Shown in pieces: positions 13,390 through 26,915 of a stretch of 64,000 bases of DNA. The position numbers and the translations under genes are program-made. This stretch comes from Octopus vulgaris (lineage: Eukaryota), in contig OX597818.1 in NCBI GenBank assembly GCA_951406725.2, positions 17,484,001 through 17,548,000 on the forward strand, given 5' to 3'. The notes beneath the pieces are model-generated. The model saw only the letters and a program-made list of their open reading frames with translations, was not told the DNA's origin and searched no databases. Every line of letters starts with the position of its first letter. Positions within the stretch are counted from its first letter, which is position 1.

Positions 13390-14253
13390 CAGTCAACTCT
13401 CGCTACTATGCCACCCTGCGGGACTGAGCCAAAGTGGCATAGTACCGAGAGTGGCATAGCACCGAGGGTCTGTTATCTAAACACTACATAACCAAAAATT
13501 TACTGAACATACGAATAAAAATTCATAGGGTAGGAAGTAAGGCCAATAAGAAGTTCAATGCAATGGTAGAAAGAAGACATCCAAGTTTATTAAGTTCAGA
13601 TTGCTTTTAGTTAATCCCGAAGCTCTCAAAAATTGTCGGCTGATGCATCTTCTTTCGGTGGATTTCATTCATTTCGTCGTCTAGCCTATCACATGCCTGC
13701 ATGACGCTGGGTTTTCCGCTGCTCTGCTGCTGCATAAACTTTCGGATAGTGCTCCATGCTCTCTGGGCATCTGCAAACGAAACATATTCCTCTTCCACAA
13801 TTACCTCGTCGTCTTCACTTTCCACTGGCTCTTCGTTATGCATTACCTCCTTTGCTATTTCTTCTAGAGTGAAACATGTCAGACAATACAAGGGGTGGTA
13901 ACTTGTATCAGATATTACTAATGATACGAGGGGCCTGACAATAACGTTTTTTGCAGCATCGATAATCTCCTTCTTTTCTTTCAGCGTAAACTCAGTCCGC
14001 TTGCGTTTCTGAGCTGACATTGTGTGCTACTTTCTGAACTTTTCCACAAGATTACAAATACGAAATGTACAAAATGTAGGAGTACAAAATTTCAAAAAGT
14101 TGCGTGCGCTTCAGTTTACAAGTGGCATAGTTGCGAGAGTTGAGGGTTGCATAGTAAAAATTTTTTGTTTATTATTTGGCCGGGACCATGCAAAACTGGC
14201 ATAGTAGCGAGAGTGGCATAGTAGCGAGGTGGCATAGTAGCGAGAGTTGACTG
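13390..14253 (-). mobile_element. Internally deleted pogo/Tigger element with intact TIRs
   Basis: TA|CAGTCAACTCTCGCTACTATGCCACC ... GGTGGCATAGTAGCGAGAGTTGACTG|TA, with subterminal GTGGCATAG repeats. ORF 13607-14020 starts MSAQKRKRTEFTLKEKKEIIDAA (psq/CENP-B-type HTH) and ends KKMHQPTIFESF. Confidence 0.92.
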
Positions 14254-14736
14254 TACTATTAATATATAAGGATGGAGCAATTTGACAAGAAACGTTCATT
14301 ACAGATGAATAAATTTCATAGTTAGACAATATTTCCAGAGATGAGTGTTGAGTAACCTTGGGTCACACCTCATCCTACAGTTAATCACTCAAATCCTAAA
14401 ATATGGTCTGTTTATATACTATTACATATATTCCATATACTGTTACAGATATCCAATATATTGTTAACGATGTCCCATATGGGGATATGGGAGAAGACAA
14501 AGTGCCTGATGATATTCAGTGGTATATCATTAAGGATGCAATCTTCATTTCCAATTCTGGCTCAGGGCCAATGATTTCAGTGGGAGGTGGTGAGTCAGTT
14601 ACATTGACCCCAGTGCTCAACTGGTACTTATTTTATCGACCCCGAAAGAATGAAAGGCAAAGTTGGCCCTGATGGAATTTGGACATGAATGTAAAGGCGC
14701 AAAGCCTTTTGCTTGGCATGCTAATGACGCTGTCAG

Positions 14737-14959
14737 AAGGCAGTGAGCTGGCAGAAACGTTAGCACGCCGGGTGAAATGCTTAGCGGTATTTCGCCCGCC
14801 GTTACATTCTAAGTTCAAATTCTGCCAAGGTCGACTTTGCCTTTCATCCTTTAAGGGTCGATTAAATAAGTACCAGTTATGCACTGTGGTCAATGTAATC
14901 AATTTGATTCCTTGTTTGTCCCATCTGAGTTTAGTCCCCTGTGGGCAATAAAGAAATGA
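14737..14959 (+). mobile_element. Nin/Deu-domain-like SINE with 19-bp TSD, nested in an older inverted copy; many more copies incl. dense cluster ~41570-43950
   Basis: Core GCCTTTCATCCTTT..GGGTCGAT.AAATAAGTACCAG. TSD ATGCTAATGA(C/T)GCTGTCAG at 14718-14736 and 14960-14978. Confidence 0.88.
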
Positions 14960-16194
14960 ATGCTAATGATGCTGTCAGCTCAATGCCTTATAATCTTGAA
15001 CAATTATTGTGCATATAGATACATAATGTGTTGGATTAGAGATGGCTCAGTAGCAAGTTATGATAAATTAACTAGAGTAACATAAGAATAATGGTGACTT
15101 AAATTGATGGTTTAATTTTATAATAAAAAAATTTTTATAACTTGAAAGACCAGCGATTCTAGGAAAGTGCTGAGTTGAATTCATTGACCTCAGTGCTCAA
15201 CTGGTACTTATTTTATTGATCCTGAAAGGATGAAAGGCAAAGTCAAACCCAGCAGAATTTGAACCCAGAATATAAAAAGCCGGAAGAAAAGCCGCTAAGC
15301 ATTCTGCCCCACATGCTAACAATTCTGCCAGCTCACCACCATAACCCTTTAGCATTTAAGCCAGCCATGTTAGGCCCAAATATTCTACCTGGTTCATGTT
15401 GAAAATGGTCTGATCTGGTCTCTTACATCTACCCTACAATGTCATTCTAATAACATATAATCACATCACTGAAATCTCAAAGCTACAAAATAGTGTATGC
15501 TTAATTCAAAACAATGTGAATAAATAAGCATTACATTCGACAGAATAATCTGAATGTTTAAAGGTTAATGGAAGATGCAATATTAAAGTCTGAATACATT
15601 GTTTGAAATGAAAACTTTGAAAACACAGTCTTCTCTCTTTCAAGAATATGCAATAAGAAGTTTGCCACACAACCATGTGGTTTCAGGTTCAGTCCATTGC
15701 ATGGCACTTTGGACATGAGTATTCTACTGATAGCCCTTTATATTCTTCCAGCTCTTTATATTCCGGGTTCAAATTCTGCTGGGTTTGACTTCGCCTTTCA
15801 TCCTTTCAGGTTCAATAAAATAAGTACCAGTTGAGCACTGGGTCGATGAATTCAACTCAGTACTTTCCCAGAATCGCTGGTCTTTCAAGTTATAAAATCC
15901 ATTGCGAGTGGATTTGGTAGAAAAAAACTGTGTGGAAGCCCATTATGTGTGTGGTGGCGTTGATGGTGACGGCATAATTAGATATATGATGATGATGATG
16001 GTGATGATGATGGTGATGGCATAATTAGACATATGATGAGGATGATGGTGATGATGATGATGATGTCAATGACACAAATGATGATGATCATCATCATGAT
16101 CATAATCAGGATGACGACAATGATGATGATGACGACTATGATACCAATGATGAAGTTGATGATGTTGATGATGATGAGAAGGTTAAACACTTAC

Positions 16195-16316
16195 GCTGTG
16201 GATGGATCCTTTTTGTCGGAATCTGTTGGTTTCTTGTCTTTGTTAACATTATCCCAGAATTCTGTAGTGGCTTCCTTCACCTTTTTAGCACTTGGAGGTT
16301 TCTGCTCTTCATCGGG
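16195..16316 (-). CDS. DNAI2: DNAI2 exon (C-terminal)
   Basis: Polypyrimidine tract then aag|CCCGAT...ACAGC|gtaagt. Translates PDEEQKPPSAKKVKEATTEFWDNVNKDKKPTDSDKKDPST(A); EATTEFWD corresponds to KAEEEFFD. 122 nt, phase 0 to 2. Confidence 0.85.
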
Positions 16317-17217
16317 CTTTTGGAAAAGAAGGATATTACAGAAATATATATAGAAACAAACAAAGAAAAGGGAAGGAAGAAATAAAGGAAAAAAAGAGAA
16401 AGAAAAAAGAAGGAAAGAAAGAAGTCCCCAACACTCAAAATGTTGCTGGCCTTGTGCTCAAATTAGAAAGAAATATTTTAATCCTGACAAAGTTTTGTTT
16501 TTAATTTGTTTAAAATATAAGTATTGTACTTGGGATTCAGTATTTTATTTCTCAGAAAAATCACAACCCCCAATCCACCTGTAAAAACCCAGAATCCTCC
16601 ACAGAGCCCTTTCATATTTATTGCATGTGCACCCCCTTCATTGAGAGAGTTCACAATGTCCCCCACCAACGTTAATATCTATTCATCTGTAAGGCGGCGA
16701 GCTGGCAGAATCATTACCACGCCAGGCTAAAATCTTTCCGTCCATCCTTATGTTCTGAGTTCAAATTCCGCCAAGGTCAACTTTGCCTTTCATCCATTCG
16801 GGGTTGATGAAATAAGTATCAGCTATGTACTGGAGTTAATGTAATTGAGTGACTCCCTCCCTTGAACTTGCTGGCCTTATGTGCCAAAATTTGAAACCCG
16901 ATCTACTCATCTAATGTAACATATCAGTTGTGCCTTCTTTGTTAAGCCAATAAGGCGGTGTGAGTCTTGCTTAAGAACAGTCAAGTAACTGCAGCACATA
17001 GTTATCTCACTGAGCAAAGAGAGTGGCATGTCTTGTTTAAAGAGAATTTGTTAGATGTGTCTACTTTTGAAGCTTTACCTATGGACATAATAGACATAAT
17101 GGACACAATGGATTTGAAAGGATTTGAACCCAAGAACTGAGGCACCATAAGCTGACTCACCTACACTACTACTGATTAACCTACAGCACAACAGCACTGC
17201 AGTAAAATGGTACTTAC

Positions 17218-17319
17218 AGGTGGTTGATGTATTGACATCTTGGTCAGTTTCACTCTGAGTTTCTGTTCCCTGAGCCGTGATTCCAGAACCTTCTCTCGTT
17301 TTGTTTCTCGTTCAAAAAT
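17218..17319 (-). CDS. DNAI2: DNAI2 exon (C-terminal coiled coil)
   Basis: gcag|ATTTTT...CCACCT|gtaagt. Translates IFERETKREKVLESRLREQKLRVKLTKMSIHQPP, comparable to MFERETRREKILE. 102 nt. Confidence 0.93.
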
Positions 17320-17794
17320 CTGCCAACAGGAAAGAATGAAAGATGAGTGAATATATGTAATCTGGTAATATGTGTACACACACATATATATGCATGCTCA
17401 GTGGCTCAGTGGTTAGAGCGTCAAGCTTACAAACAGGAGGTTGTGAGTTCAATTCCTGGACCAGGCTGCATGTTGTGCTCTTGAACAAGACACTTTATTT
17501 CACACTACTCCAGTTCACTCAACTGTAGAAATGAGTTGTGATATCACTGGTGCCAAGCTGTATCAGCCTTTACCTTTCCATTGGATAATATCGGTGGTGT
17601 GGAGAGGTGAGGCTGGTATGCATGGGCGACAGCTGATCTTCCATAAAAACAACCTTAGGTTGTGCATTCACTGGTGAGGTGACTTCCCACCCAGAATTGT
17701 ACTCCAGAGGGGAACATCTTAGGTGCAACCATCGTCATACATGACCAACATATTCGAGTTTAATATATATATATACATATATATATATACATAC

Positions 17795-17858
<64 letters not shown>

Positions 17859-17964
17859 TCCTGTACCCATATATGCATGTATATATATACATATATATGT
17901 AGGTATGTATATATATGTGTATGTGTGTGTGTGTGTGTGTGTGTACGTATGTATGTATGTATGA

Positions 17965-19090
17965 TAGTTTTGGGAAGTTTCAAAGCACAGTGCTTCCAGT
18001 ATAGTATCATACCCAGACTGCTTTACAACTTCTCAGTAACTCAGGTAGAGGCAATGAAAAGGTTGTACAATAAATTTATGCAACAGTGGCTAGGCATTCC
18101 CCCCAAATTTCAGCTCAGTCAATCTGTACTGCAAAACTTTTAAGCTCTGCCTCAAAATTTCACCAGTGGTGGAGGAATTCAATGCTACAAAAGCAAGAGC
18201 AATCACCCTATTACTTCTGTCTGGGGATGAGAAAATCAGGGACAACAACAAGACCATAAAATGTAACAGAAAATGGTGACCTCAGTAAGTTGTGAAGGAG
18301 GCAGAGACATACTGGAAACACCAAGAGATTGTTTGAGTAGTTTGTTAAGGACAGATAGGGCATGGCAATTACAGCACTAAGATGTGGGAAAACATTAATA
18401 CCAAGAGCAAGAGAGAGGTCATAGTGCAAAGGGTCTGTGACTCAACTGAGGAGGATCATCAGGTGAAGGTAGTAGAGCCTGCCCACCAGAGTCAATGGAT
18501 GCAGTAGGACCTGGCACTTGAGCGCCCAATGTCCTGGAAGGAACTCGGGAGCACTGACCAAGGAATATTATCCTTTCGTCTTCATACTGTCATTGATAGC
18601 TTGTCAACCCCAAACAACCTTAAAATATGGGGTACAGAAAAAGACCCATCTCTTAATCACCCTGAGCCACATTTTGCACTTTGAACCACATTTTGCACCC
18701 TGAGCCACATTTTGCACTCTGAACCAATGCTTTGCACCCTGAATCACATTTTGACTGAATGCCCTAGGGCAATGGGAGAAGGCTGGTACATGTAGAGACA
18801 TGACAATGTTCTTGCAGAAATTGCCAAACAGACTGGTCTGCAAAGGGTGAAGGCTAATAAACACCAGCTACTCTCACCAAATGTTATAAAATTCCTAAAA
18901 GAAAGTGACAAACTTCCCAAGATGAAAGCAATGGTAGGCAACCTGCTTCCTATTTTGGATTCAGCCTCTGACTAGGAAATGTAAGTGAACCTGAAAGGCA
19001 GGCTTATCTTCATGGAGGAGATAGTGGTAACATCATTCTGATCAGATATGTTCCTACTCTCCATGAATACGAAAGCAATCAGACTCAATA
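17965..19090 (+). mobile_element. Degenerate RLE-type non-LTR retrotransposon (HERO/NeSL-like), post-RT region
   Basis: Reads [12 protein letters not shown]...QQWLGIPP...VVEEFNATKAR...LSTPNNLKIWG...CTLNHILTEC...RHDNVLAEIA...DSASD*EM*VNLKGRL (zinc knuckle, RHD motif, start of RLE), with stops. Confidence 0.75.
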
Positions 19091-19500
19091 TTTCCCACCA
19101 GGTAGAGAAACCAAAAAATCAGGACTTAAGGGCTATCATGCCACCTTCCATCTAGACCAGTGTACTTCTTCTTGAAGGAGATAGGTCTGGAATGCAAACA
19201 ATGGAAGAAAGCCTGTAAGACATGGCAGCTAAAACAAGCTCAAGATAGCTATGGTTGAAAGAGACCAGATGTGGAACCCTCCCATAAGTGAAGACGAGCT
19301 CAGTCCTTACTGTCCCACTCAGGCAAAGGATAAAGGCTAAGGGGCAAAATGCTTGTTTCCATGATATATCTGCTGATGATAAGAAAGGGTTTCCAGCATT
19401 GCAATGAACTTGAAAGAGCTTGCAAAATCTCTGAGTAGTTTCTGCAGTTTCTGCATGGGACAAAGCATCTCAGATGTTTATTTCACCTACAGTATATGTA

Positions 19501-20348
19501 TGAGGTGGTATCAAAAAGTTCCCAGACTAGTTATGTTTAATAAAAAAAAATAACTTATTTAACTAAATTTTAACATCCTCTCCTTTGAAATAATCACCTT
19601 GCACTGCAATACAGTAGTCCCAGCATTTCTGCCAGTTTCAGAATCCGACCTTTTGGTGTTAAAAACAGCACTCTTTTAGCTGCATTTTCATCTTGGGGAA
19701 GATGAAAGTCCACAGGTCCTAAATCTGGTGAATAGGGCAGGTGCAGAAGTGGTACCATGTTGTTTTTGAGAAACTCACAAGTGAGGAGAGCTCAGTGACA
19801 AGGGTGCATTGTTGTCATGAAGAACCTAATTCTTCATGCTCCACACATCCAGTTGCTTTTGCCAAATTTCCTCCTTCAAATGCTTCAAAATATCGCAGTA
19901 AAACTCTCAATTGATGGTTTGACTCAAGGGAATGAATTTTTGGTGCACAATACTACAGATGTCAAAAAAATGATGAGCATGCTCTTGATTGAGCTGCAGC
20001 TCTGTTGTGTCTTTTGAAGCACCCATACCCCTCAAAACATTGTGTGCAACCCACTAACTCATTGCAGCAAGCTGCCAAAGCATGCTCAATGTTTCTGTAG
20101 CAGACTTCCTAAGTTTAACACAAAATTCCATGTTGACTCTTTGTTTCAACTTCCTATCCATGACAAAAATCCCAGCATACATGTGATCACAAAAATTTCA
20201 CCACTTGTTAAGTAAACACAATGATGTATGTCACTTCGCACACTGCCTCATGAACGGTCACAGCTAGTTTTCACGGTGCATGCAACTGCATGCTGCCATC
20301 TGTTGGTGCACTACAGAACTAGTCTGGGAACTTCTTGTTATCACCTCG
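19501..20348 (-). mobile_element. Degenerate mariner element
   Basis: TA|TGAGGTGGTATCAAAAAGTTCCCAGACTAGTT ... AACTAGTCTGGGAACTTCTTGTTATCACCTCG|TA. YSPDLGPVDF remnant on the minus strand. Confidence 0.85.
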
Positions 20349-20667
20349 TATCTATACATATAAACACACATACTCAATGTCTGTGTTATGCTTGTTCACC
20401 TGTTGGCTGCCGTAACTTAGCATGGTGGAGGTGAATTTTTCTCAAAGTGTTGGGTGTTAAAACACCTGAATGTCATTGACAAGTAAGACGACTTGCCCCA
20501 ACTCCCATTTAGGAGGGATGGTCATCTATGTTTCACTATTTTTGTGGCTTATCAACTTCATGTGGTTGAACCAAATTGGAGGCAACCTAAATAGCCTTTC
20601 CATGACTATATGCAAGAGAGTGTAAAAACCATTTGCAGGAATGCCCCAACAATGCATACACAGATGA

Positions 20668-21330
20668 CTTCAGAATCTCCTGCTACTCTTCTGAAAGGTC
20701 TCCTTGTTTAAGTTGGTGAATGCTGTCATAATCCTTGCCTTCAGTTCATCTTTGGTGTTACAAGGAGTTTTGTCGGTCTCTCGCTCAACTGCAACCCACA
20801 CATAATAATCAAGGAGGTTGTAGTCTGGGTAGTTAGGTGGCCAGATGTTAGGGGTGATGTAGTTGCAGAAATTGTCTGACAGCCATAAATGGGTTCTCCT
20901 GCTTTTGTGGCATGGTGCAGTGTCCTGTTGGCAGACATAGGATCTTGCAACAATCACCCTCTTGACCCAGGGCAGCACTACCTCCTCCAGGCACTTGATG
21001 TTGAGTCTGAGGCTGTTTTGGAAGATGAATGGAGGCATAACGTTGCCATCACTAATGATCACTTCAAACGCCATGATTTTGACTGGATGTTTGATTTTTA
21101 TAATTCTGAGTACATGTCCTCAGATTGCATTGTCCTCAGATTGGCACCCAAATACTCAGAAATATTTACATTGGAGCTTGTGGCATGAATGCCAAGTAGT
21201 ACAGCATGTTGTTTCCAAATTTCTGGCAGAGTGAATTGTGTGATGGTGCTGTTTTTCTCACAGACAGTGCCCAACTGACCCTACTATTCTGTGTAGTCAA
21301 CAAAATCAAAAACAATGTACATGCACCCTG
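20668..21330 (-). mobile_element. maT (DD37D) Tc1/mariner transposase remnant
   Basis: QQD-TAPCHKS...WPPNYPDYNLL-DY has exactly 37 residues between the second and third D. TA|CAGGGTG terminus at 21330. Confidence 0.85.
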
Positions 21331-22177
21331 TATATATATATATATATATATATATACATGCAATTTCCACAAGTTGTATATAAATTTTGCAATTACTATT
21401 TCCTCTGTCCCTCAAAATATGTTGCTTATCTAAGCAGACAAATAATTTGAACCATAAATAGTTAGAATATCTTGATACCAGCCAGTGTATACATTCCACT
21501 TGAATATTTTACTATTGACAAAATAAGTGAATCTTAATTTATGGAGTGGGTGTTCAAATTTATATTAAGTTGTTTGTTATATAAAAAAAATTCTCACTGT
21601 TGTTTTAGCAAGCTGTCAATCAACTAATTTTGAGAGTTAATAGTTTTTTAAATATTTCCATTGTAAACCTTTTCAATAAGTCTCACACCACTGCCATCAT
21701 CACCACTTCCATACATTAAGCTGTTCTGCTGAAGCTGCTGTTATTTTGATTAAGTTTTTGCTTATTTGTTGTTGGTTTTCTTTTTTGCTTTTGTTTTTGA
21801 TTTTGATAGGAAGGAGAATTAACGTTTTTATTCATTTTTCCTGAACAAAACACACACACACATGCTTAATAATAACAACGACGATGACAACAACAACAAC
21901 AACAACAAAAGAATTATTATTATTATTATTATTATTATTGTTGTTGTTGTTGTTGTTGTTAGTATTATTATTATTGAGAAGGTGGCAAGCTTAGCGATAT
22001 TACGTCCATCTTTATATATTCTGAATTCAAATTCTGCTGAGGTCAACTTTGCCTTTCATCCTTTCGAGATCAATGAAATAAGTACCAGTTATGCACTGTG
22101 GTCGATATAATCGACTTGCTCCAATCTCCCAAAAATTTCAGGCCTTGTGCCTATAGTAGAAAGGGTTATTATTATTA

Positions 22178-22642
22178 TTGAGTGAGAGAGCAGCATGCCA
22201 TCAAAGTGACACTGGGATACAAATATATGAAGCCCAGTATACCCATCATGACTACCCGTCTGATAGGGGTACACCAGATACATGCATCACAACCATGTGT
22301 GCATGATATGGTGATCTTATATCAAAATAAACAGCAGATGACCTTGCTGGTGGGGCTCAGTTAGAATTTTCTTCATGTCCCATCCAACTCAAAAAGTCTA
22401 TGAATAAGGTTTGTTTAAGGATGATGAATGAAATATCCATGTTTCCAGAGGTGAATTATTCGAACTCCAAAGAATTCCTTTCAATACATGGCTATGATGC
22501 TCCCCCACTACTTCTGCTCATGATCAGAGATGCACATATCATCATCCACTAAGGCACATGTTCAACTGGATAAGGTCAAGCAACTGACAAGCAAATCTAG
22601 TATTGAACAGAATATTTGCTGTCACCCATCTTTTGTACCAAG

Positions 22643-22675
<33 letters not shown>

Positions 22676-23230
22676 GAGTGAGGGAGCAGTGCATGCCATC
22701 AAAGTGACACTGGGATACAAATATACGAAGCCCAGTATACCCATTATGACTACCCGTCTGATAAGGGTACACCAGGCACATGCATCACAACCATATGTGC
22801 GCGACATGGTGATCTCATAACAAGATAAACAGCGCATGACCTTGCTGGTGGGGCCCAGTTAGAATTTTCTTCTGGTTGGGTAACCCATCCCACTCAAAAG
22901 GTCCCTGATTAAGGGTTGTTTGAGGATGTTGAATGAAACACCCATGTTTCCAGAGGTGAATCATTCAAACCCTAAAGAATCCTTCTTAATACATGGCTAT
23001 GATGCTCCCCCACTACTTCTACTTGTGATCAGAGATGCACATATCGTCAGCCACTAAGGGACATGCTCAACTGGTTACAGTCAAACAACTGACAAACAAA
23101 TCTGTGGTATTGAGCAGAATATTTGCTGTAGCCCATCTTTTATACCAAGACAAAACAATGTACATGATAACACTTCCAGTCAGTTAAGATCAGAAGTCAT
23201 GAGAGCCTCTGCCTGGTACTGCATCAGGGC

Positions 23231-23232
<2 letters not shown>
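22178..23232. mobile_element. Two tandem copies (22178-22641, 22674-23232) of an interspersed repeat bounded by (ATT)n; fragment also at ~370-530
   Basis: GCATGCCATCAAAGTGACACTGGGATACAAATA...CATGGCTATGATGCTCCCCCACTACTTC recurs. Confidence 0.8.
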
Positions 23233-23275
<43 letters not shown>

Positions 23276-23283
23276 CATTATTA

Positions 23284-23329
<46 letters not shown>

Positions 23330-23395
23330 CATTATTATTTATTATCATCATTATTATTATTATTACTATTATTATTATCATCATCATCATCATCA

Positions 23396-23429
<34 letters not shown>

Positions 23430-23499
23430 CAAAATAATTGGGGGTGGTACAGGATAATACAATGTGGAGTTACATAAAATGTATGTAAGAAGTAAAAAC

Positions 23500-23932
23500 A
23501 CAGTAACAACATAAAATCATAACAAAGAGTAATTCCCCTAAAGAGGGAAACCTCCTAGGGCTGCTTGTGGAGATCCCACAAAACCATGATCAAGTGTGCT
23601 CTCCACATCATCCTCCTTCAATCCAGAAGCACATGTTTAGTGTAGGCTCTTTCACTCAGACCATTCTTGCAATATTCACCCACCTTTTAGCAAAATTGCT
23701 GGGAGGCAGCACCTCCCTCTCTACCCTCACTTTCCATTTCAAGTAAAACTTGAAACAGTTGAAAAGGGCTTGGTTAAAGAACAAGGTAACTGTCTTCAGC
23801 CAAATTGGTGAATTGGTAATTAAACTATGTAGGTAGAAATGTTTTTTTCTTTCATTATTGTGCCTGTTCAGCTTCTTGGCTTCAGTTTCTTGTAATTCAC
23901 CAAAAGTGCATTCAGCATCATGTTTGCGCACT
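23500..23932 (-). mobile_element. Probable L1/Tx1-like LINE 3' end
   Basis: Trp-spaced C-terminus FKFYLKWKVRVEREVLPPSNFAKRWVNIARMV followed by a U-rich UTR. Confidence 0.45.
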
Positions 23933-24156
23933 ATATATATACATATACATATATATATATATATAATAAATTAATAAATAAAACATATGCATATATACAT
24001 ACATATATGTACGTACCTACATCTACATGTATATATACATGCATATATGGGTACAGGACACCAAAAATAACATCGAACACAATGAGAAACGAAAACATAA
24101 ACACAAAACCAAGGAACTGGACATTTTTCTTAAACAACGAAAAAATAGAGTACAGG

Positions 24157-24266
<110 letters not shown>

Positions 24267-24911
24267 TAAATGAAATGTGTATGTATATGTGTGTGTGCAA
24301 TAAGAGAGACTGTGAGAGAGAGAGACAAACAGACAGAGAGACAATGAGAGGGAAAGACAGAGAGAGAGAGAGAGAGAGAAAGAGAGACAAATATTTTTCA
24401 TTGTAATTAAATAATGTCAGACAAGATCGCAGCTCAACTACAAAAGAACAAATCAAGAGGAAACAATTGCAAACTTTCTCTCAGTTATTTCCCTTGATCC
24501 ATTATTTCGTCCTTTTTCTTGTTTTTAGTAATTGTTCGTCATTATTTATAAACCGAACGATTATTGATAGGAAATATTGTACGAAAGTGACACAAATTCC
24601 ACAAGGTATAGTTAGGAAGTTCTCTAAAAACATAAAGCCTTCGTCTTATTGTGAGATATTTTTTCTAGAAAATATCAAGCTGATTAATCACAACATTCTC
24701 AAAAGCACAATTTCAAGAGGATTAAGCAAAGTGAATGGAATGTTAATCGGCTACTTGGTACTTCTGCTGTTTCATCATTTGGAAACGGTCAGTTGAGAGT
24801 TCAGTGTTTTGTCAATGGACACAGCTCAAAACCGGTATCAGACTAAAAACTTTGCTTGTTGCTTCCACTCTATTGTGATTACGTACATATATACGTGTGT
24901 ATGTGTGTACG

Positions 24912-25700
24912 TATGAAAGAAAATACCTACGCTGAACTATTAGGAAATCTACAGTTACACTACCCAAATTACAAGATCATTGTAATTTACATTACATCAC
25001 ATTACAAGTTCATTGTAATTATTGGGGCACTGGTATACGTAACACACTGCCTAAGTATCAATCTTGAGAAATTAGGCTTCTCAAAACGAGAAAGAAGAAA
25101 GCCATCACTGGAACTGTAAGAATTAGAAGTTTATCATTTAAGTATATATGTGAGCATGTATAGACATGCAACTATACCCATGAGAATACATATATAAAAC
25201 AAAACATATAAATCTGCATATGCACTGACTCCAAATACTGCGCACATATATGCAAAAATACCATGTTGATCTTAAAATTCTAATGAAGGAGCCTTGGATC
25301 TAGGTTAGAAACTAGCTCTTTCTGAATTGACGAGAAATTGAAATAGAAATGAATCATGACATACATATATACAATAATATATACACATGCACACAGACAC
25401 ACGGACACACATATATATACATGCATGTATACGTATACATACATACAATCAAAACTCCAGGGGGAAAAAAGAACATTTATGGTGAATTAGCGTGGAACTT
25501 ACAGCTCTTGTTCCCTGACTATAAATTCTCATATGTACCTATCATCATAGGTGCATTAGATTATGTAGCAACAAATCTACCTTGAAATACCAGGTTTTCT
25601 AAAGAAAGAGCAAAAGAAACTGATGCAGATTCTCTAAATCCAATCTATTGGAGGCAAAGTGAAGATTTGTAAGGCATTCTAAAGACTCTCCATCTTGAGA
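24912..25700 (+). mobile_element. Two 3' fragments of an RLE-type (R4/Dong-like) LINE; third at ~40430-40670
   Basis: KENTYAELLGNLQLHYPNYK...IIGALVYVT..LEKLGF and KKNIYGELAWNLQLLFPDYKFSYVPIIIGALDYV. Confidence 0.65.
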
Positions 25701-25974
25701 TTCTTTAGATGAATAGATGCACATATTTGGGTGAGTGCATCAACAGCTCAACAAACACACCAACCCAACTACATATTTACATACACTGGGAACTCTCTTA
25801 ACTCAAAAAGTCTTATCATTTTGTTGGTGACTGGCTTGATCTTAAATATAACTCAAAGAAATAAAACATACATACATACAAACATAAACGTGTGTGTTTC
25901 TTCTATTGTTTATCTTTAACTTATATCAGTTATTGAACTGCAGCCATGCTAAGGCACCACCTTGCTTCATTTGG

Positions 25975-26375
25975 GAGGCCGATCAACCGGTTCAAAGCCA
26001 CAGTTACACACAGCAGCTATTCTGTGCTGAAGCATTGTCCTGATGAAAGAAGAACCCCTTCATCAGTTTTCCTGGTTGTCTGGTCTTAATAACTTTTCAT
26101 AACTGCTTTAACAAGTTGGCATAGTACTCTCCCTTGATGGTGTAGCCCTTTTGAAGATAGTCAATAAACACAATGCTTTTTGCATCTTAAAAACCTGAGG
26201 CCATCACTGTCCCTGCAGACGAAAAAATGTTGGCCTTCTTTGGAGTAGTTGACAAGGTGAGTTTTCACTACATGGATTGTATTTTTTTTTTGTCTCTGGC
26301 TCAAAGTGATGAAGCCAACACTCATCATGGGTTAGGAAACATTCAAGGAAACCAGCTGGATCTGCCTCAAACAAT
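25975..26375 (-). mobile_element. mariner transposase fragment
   Basis: FLTHDECWLHHFEPETK (first catalytic D, TGDE-W motif). Confidence 0.75.
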
Positions 26376-26915
26376 GTCAGGTTTCCCCATAATGGTCTCT
26401 TTTGCAAAACTGCTAAGTTACAGGGATGTAAACTCACAAACACCAGTTGTCAAGCATTGGTGGAGAACAAACATAGATGCATGCACACATATATAACAGA
26501 CATTTTTTAGTTTCCATTGACCAAATCCACTCAACAAGTAAAAGACACTTACCCAAGGTGCGACACAGTGGGACTGAACCCAGAGCCATGTGGTTGGAAA
26601 GAAAACTCCTTATCATACAGCCAGACATACATACACATACACATATATATATACTTACATATGTCAAACCAAGTGAGATCGTTGTCATGGCTGATGCTAG
26701 TGTCACATAACTAGCACCCATGCCGGTGGCATGTAAAAAGTACCTAGTACACTCTTGGAGTGGTTAGCATTAGGAAGGGCTTCCAGCCATAGAAACAATG
26801 CCAAATCAGATTGGAATCTGGTGTAGCTCCCCAGCTTACCAGTTCTGTCAAACCGTCCAACAAATGCCAGCATGGAAAACAGACGTTGAATGATGATGAG
26901 GATGATGATGCTACA

